Part shown: piece after piece, positions 39,290 through 52,897 of the stretch
How positions within the stretch are numbered: position 1 is the first letter of the stretch
Layout: the number at the start of each line of letters is the position of its first letter
Assembly (NCBI GenBank): GCA_964016885.1
Contig: OZ024741.1
Location: 101,122,001 to 101,186,000, forward strand
Direction of reading: 5' to 3'
Origin: Eledone cirrhosa
Lineage: Eukaryota
Length of the DNA stretch: 64,000 nucleotides
Translations under genes and position numbers: made by a program
The notes under the pieces: model-generated
What the model saw: the letters and a program-made list of their open reading frames with translations, nothing else
Database searches by the model: none
Told to the model about the DNA's origin: nothing

Positions 39290-39502
39290 TTGTGTGTGCT
39301 AAATCAAAATTTTAGAAAACAAACAATTTTAATCAAGTTAAAATAGTACCTTTATAAACATTTCCAAATATTTAGATTTATTAGTAAAGTATTTGTTAAA
39401 TTGTCATTTGGAGTAGCTTGAAAGCTTGTTTGGAGTCATTTTTCCAACCCCAGAGGACCACTTTCTTCTAGACCTGCCAAGTAAAAAGAAATGTTTTTCC
39501 TG

Positions 39503-40135
39503 TTAGAGAAGTAGACATACATGTTTAGAATGACTTCGTTTTGATTTGGAATATTCTGATGTTATATCTCCAATGGGTTCTTGTTTTAGCATTAATGAAG
39601 AATTATTAACATCTTTATCTGTAGTGTTTCTAACATTATTTTCAGCATTAACAGGAATATTTTCACCAGGTAGAGATGTTGTTACATCATTGCATTCAAT
39701 CTTTTCAAGTTCATTTTCATTCGGTAAACTTTCCTTACTGTATTCCTTCTGTTCTTTACCTTCACCATCTGAAATTTTGCTCTCTGTTTCTTCTTCATCC
39801 TCTATAGAAATCTTCAGTGCCATATCATCTATTGCTACACCAGAATCCTTGTCTATCTCACAGCAGCTCTGTTTAGTTGTTCCATTAGAAAATCTTTTAA
39901 CACAACACAAATTAGCTGAACTGTTAGCATTTGCTGTTCCAGTAATGTTTTCTGTTAATTTTCCATCAAATATGACCTTACTTTCCAGTTGTTCCTCCAC
40001 CAAGTTTATTTCATTTTCAAGATCTTTTGTTAAACAACTTTCTTCTTTTTCTTCTTCCTCATCTTTTTTTTTTCCTTCTCTATTTTCTTTATCATTATCA
40101 TCATCATTTCTTTCTTTCAACCATGTTACAAGACT
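39503..40135 (-). CDS. TIR-domain gene, terminal exon: acidic disordered tail ending in a CaaX box (CLLL)
   Basis: Acceptor gttttttttttcaAG, phase 0, 210 open codons ending SKSKRSHSKHVCLLL-TAA. AATAAA on the - strand at 39377-39382. Confidence 0.75.
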   Translation of the reverse strand, partial: SLVTWLKERNDDDNDKENREGKKKDEEEEKEESCLTKDLENEINLVEEQLESKVIFDGKLTENITGTANANSSANLCCVKRFSNGTTKQSCCEIDKDSGVAIDDMALKISIEDEEETESKISDGEGKEQKEYSKESLPNENELEKIECNDVTTSLPGENIPVNAENNVRNTTDKDVNNSSLMLKQEPIGDITSEYSKSKRSHSKHVCLLL

Positions 40136-41528
40136 CTTGAAAAAAAAAACCCAAAGAATTACAAAGAATTTTTAAAAAAGAATATAAATCATCATCATAA
40201 TCATCGTCATTATCAACATCATCATCATCAACACCCATCACTACAACCATCATCACCATTATCTTATTATCAGCAGCAACACTCACCACAACCACTACCA
40301 TTATCATTTTACGTTTGTTTTTCCATGCTGGCATAGGTTGCATGGACTGACATAGACCGTGTCAGTACTTATTTGAACTTACTGCCCAGCTAGACAAATC
40401 AGAGGACCTGGTCCATCTCATACATTTAGGAGCATAATGATAAAATATATTCAATAATATATATCTTTATGTTCTGATATTTGGGCATAGCACTTCCACT
40501 AATCCACTGCCCCTAACAGATGCTTTATTTTATTGTTTCCTGAAGACTAAAAGACAAAATTGACCTCAGAGCTGAGCCAGATCAAATACTACCAAACATT
40601 TAGTCCAAGGCTCTAACAATTCCACAAATTCACTGCCATTAATAGGTACTTAATTTTACCAACTCCTGAAGAATGAAAGGCAACATTGATCTTAGAAAGA
40701 TTTAAACAAAAGTCACAAGGCTTTTTTCCCAACACTCTAATGATTCTGAAAATCTACCATTTTGAAGGTTAGTGGGTGGATAGTTACTGGAAAAAATATT
40801 AACAAGAAGGAAGATTAAGCATGGTGAATCTCTGGGGGTTTTTATTTTTAAATGAATTTTGTTGTTCCAGCAAAAATGGCTAGAGCATTTATTGACTACA
40901 GTAAAACTGGTCAATAACAAAACCAACACAACTATTAAGATATATCTGAAACAATGGTTAAAGAATATTGTTATATTTGTGGAGGGTCATGTCATAATAT
41001 TGCCAGAAAAATATAGTAAAACACACTCAGGAATACTTTCTTGAACAAGAAGTTTGTTTAACCCTTTCATTACCATTTTTCAAACAATTTTAAAGGATTT
41101 AATTCAAAACAATTTTAAAAGATTTAATTAAATAACTAACTTGCTGATATTTGGAGCATAGCTTACATAAAATTATGATGGATGGTTCTGAGATAAATAT
41201 ATATAAACACTTTAAAACAATTTTGTATCATTGAACTAGGTTCAGACTGTTTGGTGTTGGAACAGTTAAACATCATTTTATTTTTCATCTACCTACTAAT
41301 GCACTGACTATTCTTACTTCAGCCCAAAACAGAAGTATGGTAGATCAACTTAGTGAATATGAGGTGGGGTGGTGAGCTAGATCATACAAGAAGTGACTGC
41401 TGCTGATTATGCACAATAAAGAAATGATTGTTTGAATTATTAAAAACAGAAATAATATTAAATTTAAAAAGAAGGTAGAAAAGGAAAACATTTTGAAATT
41501 TTCTTTAAGAAAAATTTGTTTCACATAC

Positions 41529-41607
41529 TGCATCTAAAGCCAAAACTGGATCCTTTTCTGGTTGGATGTCAAAAACATTAACAAGATTTCCAACACTATC
41601 TGAAGAG
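41529..41607 (-). CDS. TIR-domain gene, small exon
   Basis: Acceptor ttttctttcccAG and donor GCA|GTATGT. Phase 2-0 bridges the two flanking exons exactly. Encodes SSSDSVGNLVNVFDIQPEKDPVLALDA. Confidence 0.7.
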
Positions 41608-42244
41608 CTGGGAAAGAAAATAATTTCATATATGATTAAGTGCTTGTGGGTGTATGTGTGTGTGTGCAGTGACAAACTTGGTCTAAAAATATTGGTAGCC
41701 AGGAGACAAAAAGGGCCCGCCCACAACTACACTGTTATCATTTAATTTTTATAACAAATAAATTTCAAAAAATATGCAAGTGGAAACAAAAAGATGCAAT
41801 TAAAAGTTTTGTGAAAAAATGTATATTTTCTACTAATTGTAGTGTACATATACTGTACTTATTACTGACAGTATACAGTAATACCAAATGTAAATACAGG
41901 ATGTTATAACTGAATTTTTAAATAAATTTTTTGATGAATGTTTAGTATATATCAATTTCAATATTTTCAATGAAGACTTTTTATTGTCAAAGAGATAACT
42001 AAGTTTTATAATAAAAATTATGGCCTTGCAGTCAATACCACATCTTCCGTAAAATTGTAAAGTCAAAATACAGATTATAACAAATATTAAGCAGTTCTTA
42101 CTTCTCCAGTAAAATATATACATCCACAAAATAGCAGTAATGAGCTTCGGTCTGTCACACTCAATATGTGTGTGTGTCTGTGCATGTACATATGTATATA
42201 TACATTTATATATGTGTGTGTGTGTGTGTATATATATATATACC

Positions 42245-44350
42245 ATCATCATCATCGTTTAACATCCATCTTCCACACTAGCATGGGTTTGGACGGGAAT
42301 TTTCCCACTTGAGGCAAGATTGGTTGTCTCGCTCGTATAGGACTATCTGGCAGGTTTTCTATGGCTGGATGCCCTTCCTAACACCAACCACATTTACAGT
42401 GTGGACTGGGAGGTTTTTACCGTGTTACCTACACGGCCACATTACAGCGTGGACTGTGGGTTTTTTTGTCGTGACACCTACATAACCTCATTTATTTAGG
42501 ACTGGATGTTGTGGTACCAACATAACTTTACATCAAAAGGGGTGGGGGTAGTGGGATGGCGGTGTATTTTGGTAAGGGGTGCCTACTGACTGTAGGTTTC
42601 GCTTTGCACTTAGGCAAGGCGGGTCTTCTGTGTTAGTGCGTAGCGACAAAGATCTCGGTCCAGTGGCATTGTCTTGGAGAGGTGTAAGTGTGTGAGGTCG
42701 GAATTTATCAAGTCGTCCCAGGTTTTTCTGGGTCTGCCTACTCCATGACTACCGTCTATTTTGATCGCCCTGCACTTTTTTATACAGCTGTCGTCTTTCA
42801 TGCGCATCACGTGACCATACCAACGTAGTCTTCTCTCGAGTAAACAACATCTGATCCCTCTTATTCCTAATTTCTCCCTTAGTTCGTTTATGCTTTGCCG
42901 TTCACGTATATTACTATTACACATCCAGCGGAGCATGCAAGCTTCGTTCCTCTCCAGTCTGCGTATATCCTCTGCACACAATGCCCAGGTCTCACTGCCA
43001 TGCAACATTGCTGTTCGTATGCAGGCATCATACAGCCTGCCTTTCATTTTTAGAGAGAACCCTTTAGCGGCTAATAGTGGTATAAGCTCTCTGAACTTTT
43101 TCCATCCAGTTCTGACTCTAGCTACTGTACTTTCAGAGCACCCTCCACCGCTGCTGATTTTGTCACCCAAGTAACAGAAGGTGTCCACAATTGCTATAGA
43201 ACCATCTGTGCAATGGAATGAGCTAGTATTCTGTGGGCACTTGCTGCTACTTATTGCACCAGAGCACCGGCCGCATATAAAATCTATGTTCTTAGTTAGC
43301 TTACCTGTGATCCCACTACATCTTTTATGCACCCATACTTTGCATTTGGGACATAAAATGGAGTTTCTACCTACTCCTTTCCTACACACTGAGCATGACC
43401 ATTTCCCGGATGGGACCGGTGCCCTATTTTCCTTCCTACAAACTAGAACTTTAGTCTTAGACAGGTTAATTTTAAGGCCTTTTGATTCTAGGCCATGCTT
43501 CCATGTTTGGAATTTCTTCTCTAGTTCGGCCATTGATTCAGCTATGAGCGTTAGATCATCTGCGTATAGGAGTTCCCATGGGCAGCCAGTCTTGAACTCC
43601 ACTGTTATAGCCTGAAGGGCAATAATAAATAGTAGGGGGCTAAGAACGGAACCCTGATGAACACCTACTTTTACGCTAAATTCTTCACTATATTCGTTGT
43701 TAATTCTAACCTTGCTGACTGTTTATTCATACATGGCTTGTATAGCTCTCACAAGCCATTCATCAACACCTAGTTTTCTAAGAGCCCACCAGATAATGGA
43801 ACGGGGGACTCTGTCGAAGGCTTTCTCCAAGTCAACAAAGGCTAAGTATAGGGGTTTACTTTTAGCTAGGTACTTCTCCTGTAGTTGTCGTACAATGAAG
43901 AGAGCGTCTGTTGTACTTTTACCTGACACAAACCCGAACTGCTCTCTGATTAGTTGCGCTATTACTTTTTCTATGACCTTCATGACCTAGTCAATTAATT
44001 TAATTAAAAACAGACACTCTGTCACATCTTCTGGTAAGGATATAATCTACCTGGCTGGTATGTTCCCCTGATCTGTAGGTGATCAAGTGATTGTCTCATT
44101 TTTTGAAGTTAGTGTTACAGATAGTTAGGTTATTTGCGTCACAGAATTCCAGGATTCTGGAGCCTTCCTCATTTCTAGTGCCAAACCCATAGCCTCCGTG
44201 GATTCCGTCATAGCCGTCACAATGTTGTCCATTTAGGTCGCCAGCAATAATTATATAGTCACTGTTGGTTATTTGGGAGGTAGTGAGCATCAGTGTCTCA
44301 TAGAATCTGTCTTTTATAGCGCCAGGCAGTCCGGATTCAGATTCTAGAAT
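42245..44350 (-). mobile_element. RTE family B LINE, internally deleted (EN fragment fused to RT)
   Basis: IAGDLNG...ILEFCDANNLTICNT joined at about 44005 to IKLID.VMKV...; 330-aa C-terminal ORF; (TGA)n tail. Confidence 0.92.
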
Positions 44351-44374
44351 TCTGCGATGCCAATGACATGTCGA

Positions 44375-47148
44375 TATGTAACACAAAATTCAAAAACCCT
44401 GACAACCATCTAATCACCTATAGATCAGGGGAGCATTCTAGTCAGATAGATTTTATCCTCATCAGAGGACGTGACAGATGGACGGTCGTAAACATAAAAG
44501 CCTTCCCTAGTGAGGAATGTACCTTCCAACATAGCTTAGTTGTCAGCGACCTCACAGTCAGAACTAGACGAACCTGGAAACAGAGGCCAACCTGGAGAAG
44601 AAAGACCTGGAAGCTGAAAGACCCCTCAGCCAGTAACAGATTTAAAGATATTTTACTCAACGCCTACGACAGTAAAGAAGAACAGATAAAGACATTCAAT
44701 GTAGAAGAGCACTGGGAGTTCCTAAAAAATAACTTACTAGAGGCGACGGATGCGGTCTGTGGCTGGAGTAAGACCACAAGCAGGAGGAGAATGACTTGGT
44801 GGTGGAACAATAAGGTAGATGAGGCAGTTAAGGCCAAGAGACAGGCATGGAAAGAATGGAAGAACAGGGAGAGCAGCGTACATTACATAGAGACCAAGAG
44901 GGAAGCTAGGCGACAAGTATACTTAGCTAGGAGGGAAGCAGAGGATAGAAAATTCAAGCATGTTTTGTAACGTGAGGACCAGAAACAGGAGGTGTTCAAG
45001 ATTGCGAGGCAGTGTGTCAGAGAGAATTGTGATGTCATTGGAGAGAAGTGTATCCAGAATGATAAAGGTGAGCTTGCCCTCACAAGTGCTGAGAAGAAAG
45101 ATGCATGGAAGAGTCATTATGATAGATTACTAAATGAGGAGAATGCATGGGAAGAAGAGACCCTACCCAAAGTAGACCCTATAGAGGGGCCAGCAGTACA
45201 AGTCAGCAGCAGCGTAGTAAGTAAGGCAATCAAAGATATGAAGATGGGGAAGGCAACCGGTCATTCGGGTATAGCTGCCAAGATGCTGAAGGCATCTGGG
45301 TCTGTAGGTCACACTATAACCACACGTATTGTTAACCAGGTAATACTAGAAGGTGTCATACCAAAATATTGGTGCAGTAGCATCATTGTCAACTGCTACA
45401 AAGGTAAAGGTGATGCACTCGATAGAGGTATAAAGCTGATGGACCAGGTCATGAAAGTAACAGAAAGAGTTATAGCACAGTTGATTAGGGACCGGGTGAA
45501 ACTAGATGAGATGCAATTTGGGTTTGTACCAGGAAGAGGCACTACTGATGCCCTCTTCCTTGTGAGGCAGTTACAGGAAAAGTACCTAGCTAAAAGTAAG
45601 CCACTCTACCTGGCATTCGTCGATCTCGAGAAAGCCTTTGACAGAGTTCCACGTGTTGTAATCTGGTGGCCTCTTAGAAAACTAGGAGTAGATGAATGGC
45701 TTGTGAAAGCTGTACAAGCCATGTTTAGGGGAGCAGTCAGCAAAGTTAGGATTAGCAATGAGTATAGCGAGGAATTTAGCATACAGGTTGGGGTCCACCA
45801 GGGCTCTGTTCTTAGCCTTCTCCTGTTCATCATAGTCCTGCAGGCAATAACGGAGGAGTTTAAGACCGGATACCCATGGGAACTCCTGTATGCTGATGAC
45901 CTCGCACTTATAGCTGAATCTATGGTAGAACTAGAGGAGAAATTCCAAACTTGGAAGCAGGAACTAGAAAGAAAGGGTCTCAAAGTCAACATGACAAAGA
46001 CTAAGGTCTTTGTAAGTAGATGAGAAAACAGAACCCAGATCCCCTCAGGGAAATGGCCTTGCTCAGTATGTAGGAAAGGTGTAGGTAGGAACTCCATTCT
46101 CTGCCCCAAATGCAAACAATGGGTACACAAGAGATGTAGCGGGATCTCAGGAAGCTTAATTAAGAATGTAGGCTTCACATGCAGCAGCTGTGCTGGGACA
46201 GCAAGCAGCAAACAGCCACAGGAAACAAGTACCACCAATCTCTGGGAGGGCTCTGTAGAAACAGTAGACAACTTCTGCTACCTAGGTGACCGAATTAGCA
46301 GCGGAGGTGGGTGTTCAGAGAGTACAATAACTAGGGTAAGAACGGGATGGAAGAAGTTCAGGGAACTACTACCACTGCTAGCTGCAAAAGGCTTCGCCCT
46401 CAAAATGAAAGGCAGACTGTATGATGCGTGTATCCGAACAGCGATGTTACATGGTAGTGAGACCTGGGCGCTGAAGGTGGAAGACTTACGTAGATTAGAG
46501 AGAAACGAAGCCTGCATGCTCCGATGGATGTGTAATAGTAATATACGCGAACGACAAAGCATAAATGAATTGAGAGAGAGACTGAGCATAAAAGGAATCA
46601 AATGCTGCGTGCAGGAGAGGCGGTTGCGTTGGTATGGACATGTGATGCGTATGAAGGATGACAGCTGCATAAAAAGGTGCAGAGCACTAGAAGTCGATGG
46701 AAACCGCGGAGTGGGGAGACCCAAGATGACCTGGGATGAGGTGATAAAAGCCGACCTTACCCAATTACACCTCTCAAAGGCAATTACACATGACCGTGAC
46801 CTCTGGCGTCACGCAGTAATACAGAGTACCCGACCTCCCATGGGTACAAGCTGAAGCATATAGACAATATGCCCCTACACCCTCCCTCTGCAAGGTGGTC
46901 GTGGAATTGCCACGGCAAAAAAGCACCCAGCCCACACTGTAAAGTGGACATGTAGGCGCCACAGAAAAAGCACCCAGCACTCACTGTAAATGAGATTGGT
47001 GTTAGGAAGGGCATCCAGCTGTAGAAATCAAGCCAAATCAGTTCCTGTATGAGCAAGGCATGGTCACCCGACCAGACACTGCCCACAACAGGACAACCCG
47101 TCTAACCCATGCTAGCATGGAAGAACGGACGTAAAACGATGATGATGA
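44375..47148 (+). mobile_element. RTE family B LINE, longest copy (EN C-terminus, RT, Cys finger)
   Basis: SQIDFIL, WWWN, QFGFVPGRGTTDA and LLYADD; nonsense codons at 44968-44970 and 46021-46023; (TGA)n tail. Confidence 0.95.
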
Positions 47149-47326
47149 TACATGTGTATATATATACATATATACATATGTATATATATATATACATATA
47201 TATACACACATATATATATTACATACATATATATATACACACATATATATATATACATATATACATATATATATACACATATATATATATATACACATAT
47301 ATATACATACATATATATACACATAC

Positions 47327-47357
<31 letters not shown>

Positions 47358-47770
47358 TATATATATATATACACATATATATATACATATATATATACAC
47401 ATATATACATACACATATATACATACACATATATACATACATATATATATACACACATATATACACATATATATATACACCCATATATATATACATACAT
47501 ATATCATCATCATCAATGTTTAACGTCCGTGTTCCACGCTTGCATGGGTTTGGAAGAGTGATTATCTTGCTCGCATAGGACTATCTGGCGGGTTTTCTAC
47601 AGCTGGATGCCCTTCCTAACACCAACCACATTTACAGTGTGGGGCTGGGAGGTTTTTACCGTGTTGCCTACACGGCCACATTACAGCGTGGACTGTGTGG
47701 CGGGTTTTCTACAGCTTTGACGAAAGTCGAGCGATCCTTTTATACATATATATATGTATACACACACACA

Positions 47771-47848
<78 letters not shown>

Positions 47849-47893
47849 GTGACGAAACATAAGTCAATTGCATGAACTCATAATCCTTTATTT

Positions 47894-47949
47894 ACTGCTA
47901 TATATATTTCGGTGATAGCCATTGAATGGCTATGACCTCATCAGGCAGT
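47894..47949 (-). ncRNA. Hammerhead ribozyme, inverted copy of H1
   Basis: Exact reverse complement of 48142-48197. Confidence 0.88.
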
Positions 47950-48141
47950 TAGTCAGTTCTTAGATATGCCAGCTCTGTGTGTACAGTGTTGATGGCATCA
48001 GACCCTTGGGACATATGTCCCAAGGGTCTGATACCATCAACACTATACACACAGAGCTGGCATATCTAAGAACTGTATGTCCCAAGGCTCTGATACCATC
48101 AACACTATACACACAGAGCTGGCATATCTAAGAACTGACTA

Positions 48142-48197
48142 ACTGCCTGATGAGGTCATAGCCATTCAATGGCTATCACCGAAATATATATAGCAGT
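48142..48197 (+). ncRNA. Minimal type-I hammerhead ribozyme (element H1)
   Basis: ACTGC-CTGATGA-[GGT C ATAGCCAT TCA ATGGCTAT C ACC]-GAAA-TATATA-TA^-GCAGT: intact core, stem I ACTGC/GCAGT, palindromic stem III. Confidence 0.88.
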
Positions 48198-49040
48198 AAA
48201 TAAAGGATTATGAGTTCATGCAATTGACTTATGTTTCGTCACTATTATAACTCCGGAATTTATATCTTCCTTGAGTGCTCCCTATCCGCCTACTGAAGTA
48301 CTGGATTTTACCAACACTTACTTTCTTGCTTACATACATATATGTATATATATACATATATACATATATATACATACATATATATATACATATATATATA
48401 TCCACATATATATATATACACATATATATATATACACATATATATATATATATACACATATTAATACATACATATATATATGAATATATATGTACACACA
48501 CATATATATATACACACATATATATACACACACATATATATATACACACATATATATACACACACATCTATATATACACACACATATATATATATATATA
48601 TACACACACATATATATATATATACACACATATATATACACACACATATATATATATACATATATATATATACACACATTTATATGTACACACATATATA
48701 TAGACATATATATATATATATATATAAACACACATATATATACATATATAAATATATATACACATATATGTATACATATATACATATATATACACATATA
48801 TATATACATATATACATATATATATATACATATATACATATATATATTTATATACATATATACATATATATACATATATACATATATATACATATATACA
48901 TACATATATATATATACATACATATATATATATATATATACACACACATATATACATATATACATATATATATATACATATATATACACATATATATATC
49001 ATCATCATCATCATTTTACGTCCGCTCTTCCCAGCTCGCA

Positions 49041-49132
<92 letters not shown>

Positions 49133-49391
49133 GGAAAAAATGAAACGATATTTCATTTCCCACTCTTAGTACGGCTGTTACTTAAATATAAGTATGTACA
49201 CGTACATACATATATGTATACCGACGTACAGTAGTATGTATATATATACATACATGCACACATATATATATGCACGTATGGATTCACCGAACATTTATTA
49301 TAATGCTCGGTGTGTTTGTAAACAAACATCCCGTATTAAGCCGTAGTGTCTAGCAACCACCGTTGCTCGTTTGTTCAACACTGACAAAGGA

Positions 49392-49434
49392 ACGCTGTAC
49401 TAGTTTCAAGCTTGTTAGCTATCGTCAGCAACGT
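49392..49434 (-). ncRNA. Hammerhead ribozyme, inverted copy of H2
   Basis: Exact reverse complement of 49739-49781. Confidence 0.78.
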
Positions 49435-49738
49435 ATACCTTCCTGCCAGATTGTTGAACGTATATACTTACCTTATGCATATTAACGGCTGAGTAGCCCA
49501 ATTTGCATATCGAGTGGGTATACATATATGTATACCCACATATATGTATGTACGTGTACATACTTATATTTAAGTAACAGCCGTACTAAGAGTGGGAAAT
49601 GAAATATCGTTTCATTTATTCCGTTTATCGTTTTCGGTGCACCCGGCCGATTAACCCACTCGATATGCAAATTAGGCTACTCAGCCGTTAATATGCATAA
49701 GGTAAGTATATACGTTCAACAATCTGGCAGGAAGGTAT

Positions 49739-49781
49739 ACGTTGCTGACGATAGCTAACAAGCTTGAAACTAGTACAGCGT
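49739..49781 (+). ncRNA. Minimal type-I hammerhead ribozyme (element H2)
   Basis: ACGTTG-CTGACGA-T AGCT AACA AGCT T-GAAA-CTAG-TA^-CAGCGT. Stem I is 6 bp with one G.U; there is a U.U pair at the base of stem II. Confidence 0.78.
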
Positions 49782-50859
49782 TCCTTTGTCAGTGTTGAAC
49801 AAACGAGCAAAGGTGGTTGCTAGACACTACGGCTTAATACGGGATGTTTGTTTACAAACACACCGAGCATTATAATAAATGTTCGGTGAATCCATACGTG
49901 CATATATATATGTGTGCATGTATGTATATATATATATATACATACTACTGTTCGTCGGTATACATATATGTATGTACGTATACATACTTATATATATATA
50001 TATATATATATACATATATACATATATATTCACATATATATATATATATATAATATATATACATATATACAGATATATATACATATATACACATTTATAT
50101 ATAGATATATACACATATATATACATATATACACACATATATATACATATATACACATATATATATATACATATATACACATATATATATATATACACAT
50201 ATATATATATATATACACACATATATATATACATATATACACATATATATATATATACACATATATATATATACATATATACACATATATATATATATAT
50301 ACACATATATACACATATATATATACACATATATACACATATATATATACATATATACACATATATATATATATACACATATATACACATATATATATAC
50401 ACATATATATATATATATACACACACACATATATATACATATATACACACATATATATATACACACACATATATACACACATATATATATATATATATAC
50501 ATATATACACACATATATATATACATATATACACACATATATATATACACACACACATATATATACATATATATACACATATACATATATATACACATAT
50601 ACATATATATATATACATATATATACACACACACATATATATATATATATCCATATGGTGGCTGCCAACTCGTTTTCGAGTACGGCTACTACTTTATATC
50701 CATGTAGGAGAACCCCTACCGATGCGCTGAACGAGTGTGACTTTTTAGTCCAGCCAGCGACTTGAAAACTCTGGTACAAACACTACACCTGTGACAATTA
50801 TTGACACATAGTGCTGGGCCCATGGTACCATGTGACGACAAGTGCAGAGAGATCTCCAG

Positions 50860-51265
50860 ATATAAAGCAATGCCTGCGCCGTGAAGCTTTTATAGTGAGC
50901 AAAGGCACTGCACAAAGCCAGTCCCACTCTCTTAACCAAGATGATATTTACCAAAAAGAAGAACAAGTCAACATCATTGGATACCATCAGGGTTGCAGGT
51001 GTTATATCAGAGTTTTCCTTCTCCTAGAATTCTGCCTTGACAAAGGCTAAGGGGTCATCTCTCCCGGTGATTTTGGATGGCCATTGACTCTTAAGAGCTC
51101 CTTTGCCCTTTTGACAGGTTTTGTTTTTAGTCCTGCAGGATGTCCAAAGTCACCCTCCTCACCAAGAAACCTTGGTGGGGTTGCCAGTTTAGTCGCCAAC
51201 GACCCGACCATGGGACAGGTTGTACTGGGATACATGTTACCAGTAGCACCAACTGGTGACCTGAC
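50860..51265 (-). mobile_element. RTE-type 5' leader without ORF
   Basis: Homologous to 11547-11725 and to the CTAGGAGAAGG...GAGAGTGGGA(T/C)TGGCT leader at 11870-12050 and 26790-26970. Confidence 0.7.
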
Positions 51266-51583
51266 ATATATCCATATATACATATATATACACACATATA
51301 TATATATATATAAACATATATATACACACATATATATATATATATACGTATATACATATATATACACATATATATATACATATATACACATATATATATG
51401 CATATATATATACACATATATATATATATACACACACATATATATATACATATATATACACACATATATATATATACATATGCAAGCGTGGAACATGGAC
51501 GTTAAACCGATGATGATGATGATACATATATATATACATATATACATATATATACATATATACATATATATATACATATATAC

Positions 51584-51632
<49 letters not shown>

Positions 51633-51739
51633 CATATATATATACATATATACATATCATCATCATTATCATCATCATCATTTCACGTCCACTTTTCCCT
51701 GCTTGCAAGGGTGGGATATATATATATACATATATACAC

Positions 51740-52385
51740 ATCATCATCATCATCATCATCAACGTTTAACGTCCGTGTTCCACGCTTGCATGGGTTTGGA
51801 CGGGGGTAGTCCCACTTGAGGCAAGAGTGATTGTCTTGCTCGCATAGGACTGTCTGGCAGGTTTTCTACAGTTGGATGCCCTTCCTAACACCAACCACAT
51901 TTACAGTGTGGGTCTGGGAGGTTTTTACCGTGTTGCCTACACGGCCACATTGCAGCGTGAACTGTGTGTTTTTTTGTCGTGACACCTACACGATCTCATT
52001 TGTTTCGGCCTCGATGGCGCGGCACCAACATAACTTTACATAGAACGGGGTGGTGTGGATGGGGTGGGGGTGGTGGGGGTGGGACGGGGTGTATTTTGTT
52101 AGAGATGCCTACTGGCTGGAGTAGGTTTTACTATATATTTAGGCAAGGCGGGTCTTCTCTGTTACTGAGTACCGCCAAAGGTCTCGGTCCAGTGACATTG
52201 TCTTGGAGAGGTGTAAGTGTGTGATGTCGGAGTTTATCAGCTCGTCCCAGGTTTTTCTAGGTCTGCCTATTCCGTGACTACCGTCTATCTTTATTGCCCT
52301 GCACTTTGTTATACAGCTAGCGACTTTCATGCGCATCACGTGTCCATACCAACGTAGCCTTCTCTCGAGTAAACAACATCTGATA
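51740..52385 (-). mobile_element. RTE family B, 3' fragment
   Basis: [16 protein letters not shown]..., 3'UTR and (TGA)n. Confidence 0.9.
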
Positions 52386-52489
52386 TACACATAAATATAT
52401 ATACATATATATATACATATATATATATATACATATATACACATATATATATATATACATATATACACATATATATATATATACATATT

Positions 52490-52535
<46 letters not shown>

Positions 52536-52650
52536 TATACATATATACATATATATATATATACATATATACATATATATATATATACATATATACACAT
52601 ATATATGTATATACATATATACACATATATATACACATATATATATATTT

Positions 52651-52836
52651 CTAAGGCGGGTAAAATTCCCGAGATCCATTGACGAGTTCTCTCCAGCAGT
52701 CTCTGTCCCTCATTATCGCTGCCATGTCCTGCGTCTCCAACAGACCAGTGTCTGTCCTTAGGGCATCAACATACGTTAACCTTGGTCTTCCTCTTCTAGT
52801 GTGTCCATGTAGGGGCTCCCAAAGGAGCACTGAGTG
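52651..52836 (-). mobile_element. 3' fragment of a third RTE-like LINE family
   Basis: [23 protein letters not shown]...MRDRDCWR. Confidence 0.7.
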
Positions 52837-52855
52837 CATATATATATATATACAC

Positions 52856-52888
<33 letters not shown>

Positions 52889-52897
52889 TACACATAT

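Noticed and set aside
39350-39474. Possible extra minus-strand exon after the CLLL stop (good acceptor, GT donor)
   Set aside because: The implied intron would be only about 46 nt, the phase-0 reading stops at once, and the segment contains the AATAAA; treated as 3'UTR.
39546-40175. 209-aa plus-strand ORF
   Set aside because: Antisense shadow of the acidic terminal exon of the TIR gene.
44010-44480. Apparent twin-priming inversion at the 5' end of the long RTE
   Set aside because: The minus piece continues into a separate, diverged minus-strand copy, so these are two independent insertions.
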